Source: Gemmatimonas sp.
Lineage (GTDB): Bacteria; Gemmatimonadota; Gemmatimonadetes; Gemmatimonadales; Gemmatimonadaceae
Reading direction: 5' to 3'
DNA length: 64,000 nucleotides
Assembly (NCBI GenBank): GCA_965279375.1
Contig: OZ257156.1
Location: 2,560,001 to 2,624,000, forward strand
In this document: piece by piece, positions 8,054-18,056 of the stretch
How positions within the stretch are numbered: position 1 is the first letter of the stretch
Layout of the letters: every line of letters starts with the position of its first letter
Translations under genes and position numbers: made by a program
The notes under the pieces: generated by a model
Told to the model about the DNA's origin: nothing
Seen by the model: only the letters and a program-made list of their open reading frames with translations
Databases searched by the model: none

Positions 8054-9340
8054 TCAGCGTGCTTCGGCGCGATACGACGCGTCGAGCAGTTCGATGGGAT
8101 GCACCACGCACGCGCGCGAGCCGCTGCGCAACAGCCCCGCGCCCAGCTGCATCATGCATCCGGGGTTGCCAGTCGCCACATACTCCGCTCGCGTTTCCGC
8201 GATGCGCGCAAGCTTGGGTGCGAGCACCGCATCCGACGTGTCCGGCTCCACGAGATTGTAGATGCCCGCGCTGCCGCAGCACTGATCCGCATCTTCCAAG
8301 GGAACGAGATCCAGCCCGGGGATCGCACGCAACACGGCCAAGGGCTGCGCGACGACGCGCTGCGCGTGCATCTGATGACAGGGCGGGTCGTGCGTCACAC
8401 GCAGCGCGACCGTCCCTCCGGCGCGCGGACCGGCGTCCGCCAACAACTCGCTGACGTCACGTGCGCGCCTGGCCACGCGCTCCGCACGCGCACTCCACTG
8501 CGCATCATCGTGCAGCAGGTGCGCGTACTGTTTGATCATCGCGCCGCACCCTGCGGAGTTGATCGCGATGAGCGCGTCGCCGGACGACTCGAACGCGGCG
8601 ATGTTCTTGCGCGCGAGTTCTCGCGCGCCCTCGAGATCACCAGCGTGTGCGTGCAGCGCGCCGCAGCACTGCTGACGCGGCGACTCCACCATGCCGTATC
8701 CATTGGCGGAAAGCACACGCCTCGTCGCCGCATTCACATGGCCGAAGAGGCCATGCATCACGCAGCCCTCGAGCATGGTCACCGGTGCGCGAGTGGATGC
8801 GGTGGATGGCGCTGCGCTTGTTGACCCACTCGACAGGGAGACAGGCGCCGTCGAGGCGAGCATGGCGAATGGAAATGCCAGCCGATCCGGAAGCACGCGA
8901 GCAAGAACGCGCGGAAGTCCGGTGGCGCGCACGAGGCGAGCGCCGGTCAGCGCCATCGATAGGACGAACTGGTTGGCAAATACGGCGAGTACCACGCGCG
9001 CCACGAACGGAGTGCCACGCACTGGTGCCATCGTTGCCCGTGTCGCTTCGAGCAGCTCCCCGTAGGGAACGCCCGACGGACAGGCGGTCTCGCACGCACG
9101 ACAGCCGAGGCAGCGATCCATGTGCTGACCGACGTCAGGATCGGTGAGCGACAGATCGCCGTCGAGCAGGCGTCGCATGAGCACGAGTCGCCCGCGCGGA
9201 CTGTCGTTCTCGTCCTCGAGATTCACATACGTGGGGCACGCCTGCAGACAGAAGCCGCAGTGCACGCACGCATCGAGGCCGGCGGCGGCATCGGCGAGCG
9301 GTGTACCGGGAAGCGCGCAGCGCGCAGGGATCACGCTCAT
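8054..9340 (-). CDS. glcF: Glycolate oxidase iron-sulfur subunit
   Basis: Two CxxCxxCxxxCP ferredoxin motifs, SPRGR, two CCG domains. Confidence 0.93.
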   Translation of the reverse strand: MSVIPARCALPGTPLADAAAGLDACVHCGFCLQACPTYVNLEDENDSPRGRLVLMRRLLDGDLSLTDPDVGQHMDRCLGCRACETACPSGVPYGELLEATRATMAPVRGTPFVARVVLAVFANQFVLSMALTGARLVRATGLPRVLARVLPDRLAFPFAMLASTAPVSLSSGSTSAAPSTASTRAPVTMLEGCVMHGLFGHVNAATRRVLSANGYGMVESPRQQCCGALHAHAGDLEGARELARKNIAAFESSGDALIAINSAGCGAMIKQYAHLLHDDAQWSARAERVARRARDVSELLADAGPRAGGTVALRVTHDPPCHQMHAQRVVAQPLAVLRAIPGLDLVPLEDADQCCGSAGIYNLVEPDTSDAVLAPKLARIAETRAEYVATGNPGCMMQLGAGLLRSGSRACVVHPIELLDASYRAEAR

Positions 9341-10518
9341 ACGTATGTCTCGCCGAGAATACCGCGATTCAGGACCTGATGCGGATCGAACCTACTGCGC
9401 AGGCGGCGCGCCAGCGGGTCATCGGCCGCCGACGGCAGTGCGCTCCACGCCACGGCGGGCAGTCTCTCGCCGATCACACGATACGCAGACGATCGCCTCG
9501 CCGACACGAGCGTGGCGATTTCGCGCTCTCTCGACGGGTCGTCGAGCTGGTTCGTCGGCACGATCACCCGCACAGTACCGCGATGCGGTGTCACGCGCAG
9601 CTGCGCATCGGAAATGCCGCACTGCACGAGTGCAGACTGCGCATGCGACAGAGTGCCGTCGAGCGAGGCGATGGCGCCGCTGAGTCGTACCACGGCGTGC
9701 GCGCCGTCTGCATGGCGGAGTGCGCTCCACACATCGGTTGAGACATCCTGTACGCTACCAGACTGCTGCAGTCGTTGCCGCAACGAGGCAGCGCCGGCTG
9801 CATTGCCGGTCGCGCGCGCGAGCAAGACCCAGCGCCGTCCATCGCCTGCGCCCACCGCGAACGCAAGCGAAGGATCGAGCAGCTCGAGCGCGTGAAAGGC
9901 GAGCGCGTTGTGTCCGAGCGACCGAACCAGCGCGAGCAACGGCGCGGCGTCGTCATGCGCGATCGCGTACGAACAGTCGGTGGCCGGTTTGGCGTGCAGT
10001 CGCACACTCACTTCGGTGATGGCGCCGAGCGTCCCGAAGGCACCCGTCGTCAGTCGCACCAGATCGAATCCCGCGACGTTCTTCACGACGCGACCGCCCA
10101 CGCGGAGTCGTGTACCCAGGCCGGAGATCAGGCCGAGTCCGAGCACGAGATCCCGTGTCGTGCCACTGCCCAAGGCGAGTGGGCCGGAGGACGCGGTGGC
10201 GATCGTTGCACCGATGGTGCCGCGCTCATCGCCCATGGGATCGAGCGCCAGCCACTGGCCATGCTCGGCGGTGATGGCCGCGATCTCCGCGAGCGTAGTA
10301 CCGGCATGCACGGTGAGCACGAGGTCCGTCGGGATGTATTCGATGACGCCTGTGAGCGGAGCGAGCGACAGCGTCGCGCTCTGCGCGACCGGTCGCCCAG
10401 CATCCAGCCAAGTTCCGGCACCGACGAGTCGAAGCGGCGTCTGCTTGGTGTGCGCAACGGCGATCTGCTGCGCCAACTCCGCGACCAGCGATTCGGCCTG
10501 CGTCGTGTTCAGCGACAT
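9337..10518 (-). CDS. glcE: Glycolate oxidase FAD-binding subunit
   Basis: GGRVVKNVAGFDL motif, C-terminal FDPxxxLNRG, located between glcD and glcF. Confidence 0.9.
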   Translation of the reverse strand: MSLNTTQAESLVAELAQQIAVAHTKQTPLRLVGAGTWLDAGRPVAQSATLSLAPLTGVIEYIPTDLVLTVHAGTTLAEIAAITAEHGQWLALDPMGDERGTIGATIATASSGPLALGSGTTRDLVLGLGLISGLGTRLRVGGRVVKNVAGFDLVRLTTGAFGTLGAITEVSVRLHAKPATDCSYAIAHDDAAPLLALVRSLGHNALAFHALELLDPSLAFAVGAGDGRRWVLLARATGNAAGAASLRQRLQQSGSVQDVSTDVWSALRHADGAHAVVRLSGAIASLDGTLSHAQSALVQCGISDAQLRVTPHRGTVRVIVPTNQLDDPSREREIATLVSARRSSAYRVIGERLPAVAWSALPSAADDPLARRLRSRFDPHQVLNRGILGETYV

Positions 10519-10555
10519 GCGGGCGACACCAACGGTGACCCGAGGAGCCGATGCG

Positions 10556-11992
10556 TCACGTGCGCGTGGCGGGCAGCGCGTGCCACTCTCGGCAGCTGTG
10601 CACGGGAATGACCTTGCCGGGATTTGCGCGGCGCTCCGGATCGAACGCGTCGCGCACCGCGCACATCATGGCGAGGGATTCCTCGTCAAAGAGCTTCGTC
10701 ATGTACGGAAGCTTGTCGAGTCCGACACCATGTTCGCCAGTGATCGTGCCGCCTGCTGCGATGCACGCCAGCATGATTTCGGACATGGCCGCATGCACAC
10801 GGGCCGACTCATCCGGGTCCGTGGCATCGTACGGGATGTTGGGGTGCAGATTGCCGTCGCCGGCATGAAACACGTTGCACACCTTCACCTGATGGCGCCG
10901 AGCAATGTCGTCGATGTTGGCGAGGATTTCCGGCAGGCGCGTGCGCGGCACGACCGCGTCCTGCACCACGAGCGCCGGTGCAATACGACCCATCGCTCCA
11001 AAGGCCTTCTTGCGTCCCTGCCACAGACGAGTGCGCTCCGCCTCGGTGCTGGCGATGCGTACATCGCGCGCACCGCACTCCCGACAGCAGCGCTCGATCG
11101 TGGCGACATCCTCGGAGAGACCGGCCTCGAGTCCGTCCACTTCGCACAGCAGAATGGCCGCTGCATCGATGGGATAGCCGGCGGCGTAGATGGAGGCTTC
11201 CACGGCGCGAATCGTCGCGTTGTCCATCATTTCGAGCGCGGCGGGGACGATCCCCGTGGCGACGATGCGCGACACGGCGCGGGCAGCCTGATCGACGCTG
11301 GAGAAGTCCGCGAGCAGCGTACGCACCGCCTGCGGCAGTGGCACAAGCTTGATCCAGATGCCGGTCGCCACGCCGAAGCAGCCTTCGGACCCGACGAAGA
11401 GTCCGAGGATGTCGTAGCCGTCGCTTTCGGCGTACGGGTCACCCAAGCGCATCGTCTCGCCATCGGGGAGCACGACATCGAGGGCGACGACGTGATTGAG
11501 CGTCACGCCATACTTGAGACAATGCGGACCACCGGCATTCTCCGCGACATTGCCTCCGATCGTGCACACCGCCTGACTCGACGGATCGGGCGCGTACTGC
11601 AGGTGATACGGCGCGACCGCACGCGACAGCTTGGCGTTCACCACACCGGGCTCCACGTGCGCCACGCGATTGACCGGATCCACCTCGATGATGCGCGTCA
11701 GGCGATTGAGGCCGAGCACCACGATGCCATCGGCGAGAGAGCCGCCAGACAATCCGGTGCCTGCGCCGCGGGCGACAAAGGGCACGCGTTCTGCGGCGAG
11801 TGCGCGCACGACACGCACGACTTCGTCCTGCGTCCCCGGGAATACGGCAAGTGTCGGCTGGGCGCGATAGCCCGGCAATCCATCCGAGTCGTACGGTACG
11901 AGCTCGGTGTGTCGGCGTTTAACCCAGCGCGGACCGACGATGCGCTCGAGCGCGGGAATGACCCGCGCGAGGGATTCGTTGCTGTCGTTCAC
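10556..11992 (-). CDS. glcD: Glycolate oxidase subunit GlcD (FAD-linked oxidase)
   Basis: ARGAGTGLSGG, APDPSSQ, ENAGGPHCLKYG, HAGDGNLHP, GEHGVG. GTG start chosen at 11992. Confidence 0.93.
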   Translation of the reverse strand: MNDSNESLARVIPALERIVGPRWVKRRHTELVPYDSDGLPGYRAQPTLAVFPGTQDEVVRVVRALAAERVPFVARGAGTGLSGGSLADGIVVLGLNRLTRIIEVDPVNRVAHVEPGVVNAKLSRAVAPYHLQYAPDPSSQAVCTIGGNVAENAGGPHCLKYGVTLNHVVALDVVLPDGETMRLGDPYAESDGYDILGLFVGSEGCFGVATGIWIKLVPLPQAVRTLLADFSSVDQAARAVSRIVATGIVPAALEMMDNATIRAVEASIYAAGYPIDAAAILLCEVDGLEAGLSEDVATIERCCRECGARDVRIASTEAERTRLWQGRKKAFGAMGRIAPALVVQDAVVPRTRLPEILANIDDIARRHQVKVCNVFHAGDGNLHPNIPYDATDPDESARVHAAMSEIMLACIAAGGTITGEHGVGLDKLPYMTKLFDEESLAMMCAVRDAFDPERRANPGKVIPVHSCREWHALPATRT

Positions 11993-12005
11993 TGCGCGCG
12001 ATGAA

Positions 12006-12332
12006 CTATGTATCGCGCGCGAACATGTTGTAGACCGTGCCGATCGTGCGGCCCAGCGCGTAGCCCACGACGAACGCGTACACGAAGCCGATGAACGCGC
12101 CGCCGATGGTGACGGAGTAGCCGGGGAAGAAGACGGCGAGCAGTCCGAGGTGTTCGCCGATGTTCTGGCCGCCACGCACGACGAGCAGGATGGTCGCGGC
12201 GAAGAGTCCGAGGGCGAACAGGAGCCCTGTGGCGACGCCCCACGCTCGCGCGTGCAGCCGCGCGATTCCGACAAGCGCCTCCTTGGGGAGCCGGTCGTTG
12301 GACCGCATCATCGGATGATTGGGTGCAGACAT
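12006..12332 (-). CDS. Small membrane protein (paralog of 12345-12731)
   Basis: 108 aa, 2-3 TM segments, FFPGYSVTIGGAFIGFVYAFVVGY..G....YN pattern. Confidence 0.8.
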   Translation of the reverse strand: MSAPNHPMMRSNDRLPKEALVGIARLHARAWGVATGLLFALGLFAATILLVVRGGQNIGEHLGLLAVFFPGYSVTIGGAFIGFVYAFVVGYALGRTIGTVYNMFARDT

Positions 12333-12344
12333 TGAAGCCTTTCC

Positions 12345-12731
12345 TTAGATGTGATCGAGAAAAACGCGGGATGACGCCACATCGTCGCGGACGCGCATGA
12401 TCATGAGCCAGACGGCGAGGGCGAAGTTGCGCGCAAACGCCAGAAACCAGCCCCAGAAAAAGCCGGTGATGAAGCCCCAGAACGCACCGGCAATGGCGCC
12501 CGTCAGAGTGCGGGCGTAACCAAAAAAGAAGCGGTCGAGCAGGTGCACCGGAAAGCGCTCGTTCGGGTCGAGCACTGCGGATAGTCCGGTGATGAGCAGG
12601 ATGACGATCGCGAGGGTCACGCCAAGCGCCATGCCCAATGCGCGCTTGTCCAGTGGCGCGAAGACGAGAGCGACCTGACGCTCGATGGCGGCGGTCGGTC
12701 CGGGAGGGGTGTTTTGATCAGGCAGCGGCAT
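12345..12731 (-). CDS. Small membrane protein (paralog of 12006-12332)
   Basis: 128 aa, FFFGYARTLTGAIAGAFWGFITGF..G....RN pattern. Overlaps the GT2 stop. Confidence 0.8.
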   Translation of the reverse strand: MPLPDQNTPPGPTAAIERQVALVFAPLDKRALGMALGVTLAIVILLITGLSAVLDPNERFPVHLLDRFFFGYARTLTGAIAGAFWGFITGFFWGWFLAFARNFALAVWLMIMRVRDDVASSRVFLDHI

Positions 12732-13800
12732 GGTCGGTTCCCTCGCCGAGGGTGGGTCGCGTCGCCCGCGGCGGCTGCAAGCGATGCGTGATCATGGCCC
12801 AGGCAGCGCCAAAACCACTCGTGAAGTAGAACAGCAGTCGTAGCGGTACCACCGAAAGTGCAAACAGCGGTCCGCGCACCTTGGCAAACCAAAGAAACAT
12901 GGATGTGTTCGCTACGACAATGACCAGGGCGGCGGCAATGGTGGCGAAGAGCCAGCGTGGATCACGCGTGACGAGCAGGACGGCGATCGAGAGCAGCATG
13001 AAGCCGGCGAGGGCGGTCAGCACTTTCTCGAGCACACGCAGGTTCAAGGGGCCGTCGCTGGCGACGTCACCGCGCTCCAGCAGCAGCCGCATCCACGGGA
13101 TGGCGCGCTCGCGGAGGTCGGTCTTGAGCATGTTCGTCAGCGTCCAGCGCTTGAGGTGCGTCCCCTGAATCTCCGGCACGAGGAGGATGCGAAATCCGGC
13201 GCCATGCATGCGGTAGCCCAGATCGATGTCCTCGATCTGCGGTCGCGGATAGCGCTTGGCGTCGTAGCCACCGACCTTCGCGAAGACGTCGCGGCGGACC
13301 GCGCCACAACCGGCCCAGAAGGTGATCGCCGGGCCGGGGCTCATCGAGTGCACGTAGTGGTGCAGCAAGTTGCGGTACTGCGACACCAATCCCGGGTCAC
13401 GCGGCGACTGATCGTACGCCCCAAACACCGCGCCCACCGTGGGGTCGGCCGCGAAAACGGCGGCGAACTGGGAAAGCGTCGTTGGTGCAACGACCACGTC
13501 CGCGTCGACAAACACGAGCACGTCCGCTCGGGCGACCGTCGCGCCAAGATTGCGCGCGAAGGCGGGACCGCGCGGTCCATTGGGCGAGACGAGCACATGG
13601 TCGGCGTGAGCGCGCGCAACGTCGGCGGTATCGTCGGGGCTGTTCTCGTCCACGACGATCAGCTCCCACGCGGCGCGCGGCATGTCGGACGCCAGCAGCG
13701 CCGCGATGACTTCACGCAGCGTACCGGCACAGCGATAGGCCGGCACGATGACGCTCAACGTCGGCGTGAAGGCCTCGCGGTCGCCGGCAGCGATGGTCAC
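12718..13800 (-). CDS. Glycosyltransferase family 2 with C-terminal TM helices
   Basis: LSVIVPAY, IVVDENSPD, ARNLGA, FVDAD (DxD), EDIDLGYR. GTGA overlap with the upstream gene. Confidence 0.92.
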   Translation of the reverse strand: MTIAAGDREAFTPTLSVIVPAYRCAGTLREVIAALLASDMPRAAWELIVVDENSPDDTADVARAHADHVLVSPNGPRGPAFARNLGATVARADVLVFVDADVVVAPTTLSQFAAVFAADPTVGAVFGAYDQSPRDPGLVSQYRNLLHHYVHSMSPGPAITFWAGCGAVRRDVFAKVGGYDAKRYPRPQIEDIDLGYRMHGAGFRILLVPEIQGTHLKRWTLTNMLKTDLRERAIPWMRLLLERGDVASDGPLNLRVLEKVLTALAGFMLLSIAVLLVTRDPRWLFATIAAALVIVVANTSMFLWFAKVRGPLFALSVVPLRLLFYFTSGFGAAWAMITHRLQPPRATRPTLGEGTDHAAA

Positions 13801-15323
13801 GCGACCGCTACTCCGGCGTCGGACTTCTCGTTCGGGTCCACGCGCTGCTCTTCGTGATACTCGAAGTCCGTGTTCACCGCCCACACATCATGTTCCGCCT
13901 CGCCAAGCATGTTCTCGAGCGTCAGCATGGAGGTGTACATGGAGTGATCGGCGTTGTTGTACTTGTGCATGCCGTTGCGGCCGACGGTGTGCAGGTTCGG
14001 AATGCGATCGATGAAGGCACGCACGTTGTCGAGATGCTCGCGGTACTCGCCGTCGTAAATCGGATAGGCCTTCTGCATGCGAACCACCGCACCGTCCACG
14101 ACATCGCCGGCCTTGGCGAGACCGAGTGGCTCCAATTCCTTCGAGCCGAGCGCGATGAGGTCGGCGTCAGAGCTCTCCCAGAGTCCATCCCCTTCAAAAC
14201 AGAAGTACTCCATGCCGAGGCAGGTGTGCCCTGCGTCCGGTACCATGGCGGCACTCCAGTTGTTGAAATTCTGGATGCGACCGACGCGCACGCCCGGGGT
14301 GTGCACGTAGATCCAGTTGTCGGGGAAGAGATTCTCCTTGTTGAGAATCAGAGCGACGACGAGGAAATCTCGATAGCGCAGTCCTTCCGCGGCCTTGCGG
14401 GCCTTCTCCGGAGCGGCGTCGCCGAAGCAACGCACCAGCGAACGGATATCCGTCGTGGAGATGATGTGGTCGGCTTCGATACGCTGCGTGCCCGCGGCGC
14501 TCTCGACGACCAACGCCGTGACCTGACCGTCGGTCCCTTCGATACCGCTGACGTAGTGTTGCATGAGCACCTTGCTGCCGAGCGCCTCGATCTTGTCGCG
14601 ACAGGCTTCCCACATCTGTCCCGGGCCGTAGCGCGGATACTTGAAGGTGTGGATCAGCGTCTTGATGTCGTTGTTGCGCCGCTGCAGTGCGGTGGCGGAG
14701 AGAATCGCGCGCGCCAGCGACAATCCCTGAATGCGCTGCGCAGCCCACTCGGCGCGAATCTCCGTGCAGGGAATGCCCCACACCTTTTCAGTGTAGGTCT
14801 TGAAGAAAATCTCGTAGAGGCGCTTGCCGAAGCGATTGGTCACCCATTGCTCGAAGTTCTCTTCGATGGGCGACGGATACAACTTCGCGTGGAAGTAGCT
14901 GGCGAGAATACGAACGGCGTTGATGATGCCCAATCCACTGAGCGCGTTGAACGCCTTGAGTGGATAGTGGAAGTACTTGCCGCCGTAATGAATGCGCGAC
15001 AGTCGGGGCACGTCGATGAAGTCATCACCCAGCAATTCCTCCCAGAGCTTTTGCACGGGAGTGATCTTGGTGAAGAACCGATGTCCGCCGATGTCGAAGC
15101 GATAGCCTTTGTAGCGGGCCGTCTGCGAGATGCCGCCCACCATGTCCGTACCTTCGAGGACCGTGACGGCGTATCCGCGTTTCGCGAGTAGGTAAGCAAT
15201 GGTTAGGCCTGCGGGGCCACCACCGATGACCGCGATATGGTCGCCGGGACGCAGGGTCTTCACTTGTCGCTTCGCTGGCGGACCTTCGCCTGATTCGAAT
15301 ACGGCTGCCGCTGTCACTGCCAC
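13797..15323 (-). CDS. NAD(P)/FAD-dependent oxidoreductase (UDP-galactopyranose mutase / protoporphyrinogen oxidase-like)
   Basis: VIGGGPAGL Rossmann motif, FDIGGHRFFTK, YTEKVWG, GRNGMHKYNNADHSM. Confidence 0.88.
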   Translation of the reverse strand: MAVTAAAVFESGEGPPAKRQVKTLRPGDHIAVIGGGPAGLTIAYLLAKRGYAVTVLEGTDMVGGISQTARYKGYRFDIGGHRFFTKITPVQKLWEELLGDDFIDVPRLSRIHYGGKYFHYPLKAFNALSGLGIINAVRILASYFHAKLYPSPIEENFEQWVTNRFGKRLYEIFFKTYTEKVWGIPCTEIRAEWAAQRIQGLSLARAILSATALQRRNNDIKTLIHTFKYPRYGPGQMWEACRDKIEALGSKVLMQHYVSGIEGTDGQVTALVVESAAGTQRIEADHIISTTDIRSLVRCFGDAAPEKARKAAEGLRYRDFLVVALILNKENLFPDNWIYVHTPGVRVGRIQNFNNWSAAMVPDAGHTCLGMEYFCFEGDGLWESSDADLIALGSKELEPLGLAKAGDVVDGAVVRMQKAYPIYDGEYREHLDNVRAFIDRIPNLHTVGRNGMHKYNNADHSMYTSMLTLENMLGEAEHDVWAVNTDFEYHEEQRVDPNEKSDAGVAVA

Positions 15324-15636
15324 GCTCGCTCCTCGTACGGAAAAGAAACACTCGCTTTCGCTAAATACGATTCAGCGGTCGCGGAGGCACCGAATTCGGC
15401 CCAGGTCGATGAGACATCTGCTCGGCCGCGATGAATGTACAGCATCCCCGCGATTCTAGGGACAATGCACTTTGACCGCGCGAAGTTGCCCAGGTGGGCG
15501 CATCCTAGACCCTGCGCGGTGCCCGCAGGTAACTTCCGCCCGCGATATTCGTCGCTGTTGCATGACCGCAACATGGGGCTGAAGTTCTTTCGCTTGATCT
15601 CCATTCTGCCTTCCACAGATCATTCAGCATTCATTC

Positions 15637-16584
15637 ATGCACACTCGCCAGCGGGTTCTCGTCACCGGCGGAGCCGGATTCCTCGGCTCACATCTGTGCG
15701 ATCGGCTCCTCGCCGACGGCGCGACCGTCCTGTGCGTGGACAATTTCTTCACGGGCTCGAAGGACAACGTCGCGCATCTGCTGGACCAGACGCACTTCGA
15801 GATCATGCGCCATGACGTGACGTTCCCGCTCTACGTCGAGGTCGACCAGATCTATAACCTGGCCTGTCCGGCCTCGCCGGTGCACTACCAGAATGATCCG
15901 GTCCAGACCACGAAGACGAGCGTGCACGGCGCGATCAACATGCTCGGCCTGGCCAAGCGAGTGCGCGCGCGCATCATGCAGGCGTCCACGTCGGAAGTGT
16001 ACGGTGACCCCGAAGTGCATCCGCAGCCGGAGTCGTATCGCGGATTGGTGAATCCGATCGGACCGCGGAGCTGCTACGACGAAGGCAAGCGGTGTGCGGA
16101 GACGCTGTTCTTCGACTATCACCGTCAACACGCGCTGCTGATCAAGGTGGCGCGCATCTTCAACACGTACGGGCCGCGCATGCACCCGAACGATGGTCGT
16201 GTCGTGTCGAACTTTGTGGTGCAGGCGCTCCGCGGAGAGCCGATCACGATTTACGGGACCGGTGCACAGTCGCGCAGCTTCTGTTACGTGGATGATCTGA
16301 TCGAAGCCTTCGTTCGCCTCATGAACACGCCGCCCGAGTTCACGGGCCCCGTGAACCTGGGCAATCCGGTCGAGTTCACCATGCTCGAGCTGGCGGAGCT
16401 GGTGCTGGAGCTGACGGACTCCAAGTCGGAGTTGGTGTTCCGGCCGCTGCCCGTCGACGATCCGCGGCAGCGCCGGCCGGACATCACGTTGGCGAAGCAG
16501 GCGCTGGACTGGGAGCCCAAGGTCGCGTTGCGCGACGGTCTGCAGGAAACGATTCGCTACTTCAAGCACCAGTTCGCGCGCTGA
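15637..16584 (+). CDS. uxs: UDP-glucuronic acid decarboxylase (UDP-xylose synthase)
   Basis: [47 protein letters not shown]. Confidence 0.95.
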   Translation: MHTRQRVLVTGGAGFLGSHLCDRLLADGATVLCVDNFFTGSKDNVAHLLDQTHFEIMRHDVTFPLYVEVDQIYNLACPASPVHYQNDPVQTTKTSVHGAINMLGLAKRVRARIMQASTSEVYGDPEVHPQPESYRGLVNPIGPRSCYDEGKRCAETLFFDYHRQHALLIKVARIFNTYGPRMHPNDGRVVSNFVVQALRGEPITIYGTGAQSRSFCYVDDLIEAFVRLMNTPPEFTGPVNLGNPVEFTMLELAELVLELTDSKSELVFRPLPVDDPRQRRPDITLAKQALDWEPKVALRDGLQETIRYFKHQFAR

Positions 16585-16596
16585 GCTTGCCATCGA

Positions 16597-16637
16597 AAGG
16601 CCCTTACTGACGCGCTCGGCGGGTCGGTAAGGGCCTT
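16597..16637. terminator. Hairpin between convergent uxs and response regulator
   Basis: AAGGCCCTTACTGAC ... GTCGGTAAGGGCCTT inverted repeat. Confidence 0.7.
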
Positions 16638-16643
16638 GTTCGT

Positions 16644-17030
16644 TCAGGCCGTTTGCATGATGGCGTCGACGAGTGAGCGTAACGTCGAAAGCTCGAAGGG
16701 CTTTTGCAGCACGTGTGGATGCCTGGCGAGCACGCTGTCCGGCGGCGCCGTCTCGACCGCGTCTCCGGTGGAGAAGATCATCCGTGAGACCAGTGCCGGC
16801 CGCTCGTGACTGAGCGCGGAGAAGAGCATCTCGCCGGAGACAAGGGGAAGGTGGAGGTCGCAGATGACCAAGTCGATGCGCGACTCAGCATCGTCCACTG
16901 ACTCACGCATCGTCGCGAGCGCATCCGCACCGTCGGCGGCTTCGAGCACGGACCAGCCCTGCCGCGTGAACCATCGCTGGAGGGCAAGTCGAATCCCGGA
17001 TTCGTCGTCGATGATCAGCACACGCGACAC
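16644..17030 (-). CDS. Single-domain response regulator (receiver only)
   Basis: VLIIDDE, LVICDLHLP, FSTGD, LQKPF. Start may instead be ATG 17042. Confidence 0.9.
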   Translation of the reverse strand: MSRVLIIDDESGIRLALQRWFTRQGWSVLEAADGADALATMRESVDDAESRIDLVICDLHLPLVSGEMLFSALSHERPALVSRMIFSTGDAVETAPPDSVLARHPHVLQKPFELSTLRSLVDAIMQTA

Positions 17031-17147
17031 ACAGACTCCCATTTATAACGGCCGAGTTTGGCTACGGACATGCGAGAGCGGGCGCCTGCAGTGTGCAAGC
17101 GCCCGCCCCTTATTAACGCACCAGATTCCCCAATGTTGCGTGGAGAC

Positions 17148-18056
17148 TCAGGCAGCTCCCCAGAATCCGGCGAGGGCATGCCCATCCGGAGACTCGCGCA
17201 GCTTCTCGAAGGCTCGCTCGCGGATCTGGCGGATCCGTTCGCGGGTGACGCCCATGAGAGCACCGATGCGCTCGAGGGTCATGGCTTCGGCCCCTTCGTC
17301 GAGCCCGTAGTACAGATACAGGATCTTCCGCTCGCGCGGGGTGAGGTACTTCCGGAAGACGCGATCGATGAACTCGCGCATCAGGCGGAAGTCGGTGCCT
17401 TCTTCGATATCGGTGTTGGTCTCACCGGCGAAGCGCTCGCCCAGCGTGGAGGCCTCGCGATCCTGTCGATCGATCGGCGCGTCGAGCGAGACTTCGGTGC
17501 TCGAGATTTGCCGGGCGGACCGGACCTGTTCGAGGGGCTCGGCCAGGCACTTGGAGATTTCCTCGTCGGTGGGCTCGCGATTGAGCACCTGATTGAGGAT
17601 CATCTCCGCACGTGCCATGCGGATCAGCTGCGAATTCTGGTTGAGCGGGATGCGCACACTGCGCGTCTGCTCTGCGAGCGCCTTGAGCACCGCCTGACGA
17701 ACCCACCAGACAGCGTACGAGATGAACTTCACGCCCTGATCCGGGTCGAACTTCCGGACCGCCTTGAGCAGGCCTTCGTTGCCGATGGCAACGAGCTCGC
17801 TGAGGTCGAGGCCGTGACCTTGATACTTCTTCACGTACGAGATGACGAATCGGAGATTCGCCGTCACGAGCCGTTCGGCCGCCGCCTCGTCACCCTTCTG
17901 CGCGAGCCGAGCCAGACGGCGCTCTTCGGCGACGTCGGTGATCAGCGGGAGCTTCTGAATGTCGTGGAGGTACTGGTCGAACGCGGTGGAGGGGGAGGAG
18001 CGGAAAAACCCGCGGGTGGAGCGGGTTTCGGATCTGCTGGCGGTCGCTGACTGCAT
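17148..18056 (-). CDS. RNA polymerase sigma-70 factor, RpoD/SigA family, lacking region 1.1
   Basis: NLRFVISYVKKY, FISYAVWWVRQAVLKALAEQTRSVRIPLN, region 4 GVTRERIRQIRERA; 302 aa. Confidence 0.95.
   Translation of the reverse strand: MQSATASRSETRSTRGFFRSSPSTAFDQYLHDIQKLPLITDVAEERRLARLAQKGDEAAAERLVTANLRFVISYVKKYQGHGLDLSELVAIGNEGLLKAVRKFDPDQGVKFISYAVWWVRQAVLKALAEQTRSVRIPLNQNSQLIRMARAEMILNQVLNREPTDEEISKCLAEPLEQVRSARQISSTEVSLDAPIDRQDREASTLGERFAGETNTDIEEGTDFRLMREFIDRVFRKYLTPRERKILYLYYGLDEGAEAMTLERIGALMGVTRERIRQIRERAFEKLRESPDGHALAGFWGAA

Noticed and set aside
9908..12004. 698-aa plus-strand ORF
   Set aside because: Antisense to glcD/glcE, which carry clear family motifs.
12006..12731. Prophage lysis cassette suggested by holin-like small membrane proteins
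   Set aside because: No endolysin, integrase or structural phage genes; the context is glycosylation and metabolism.
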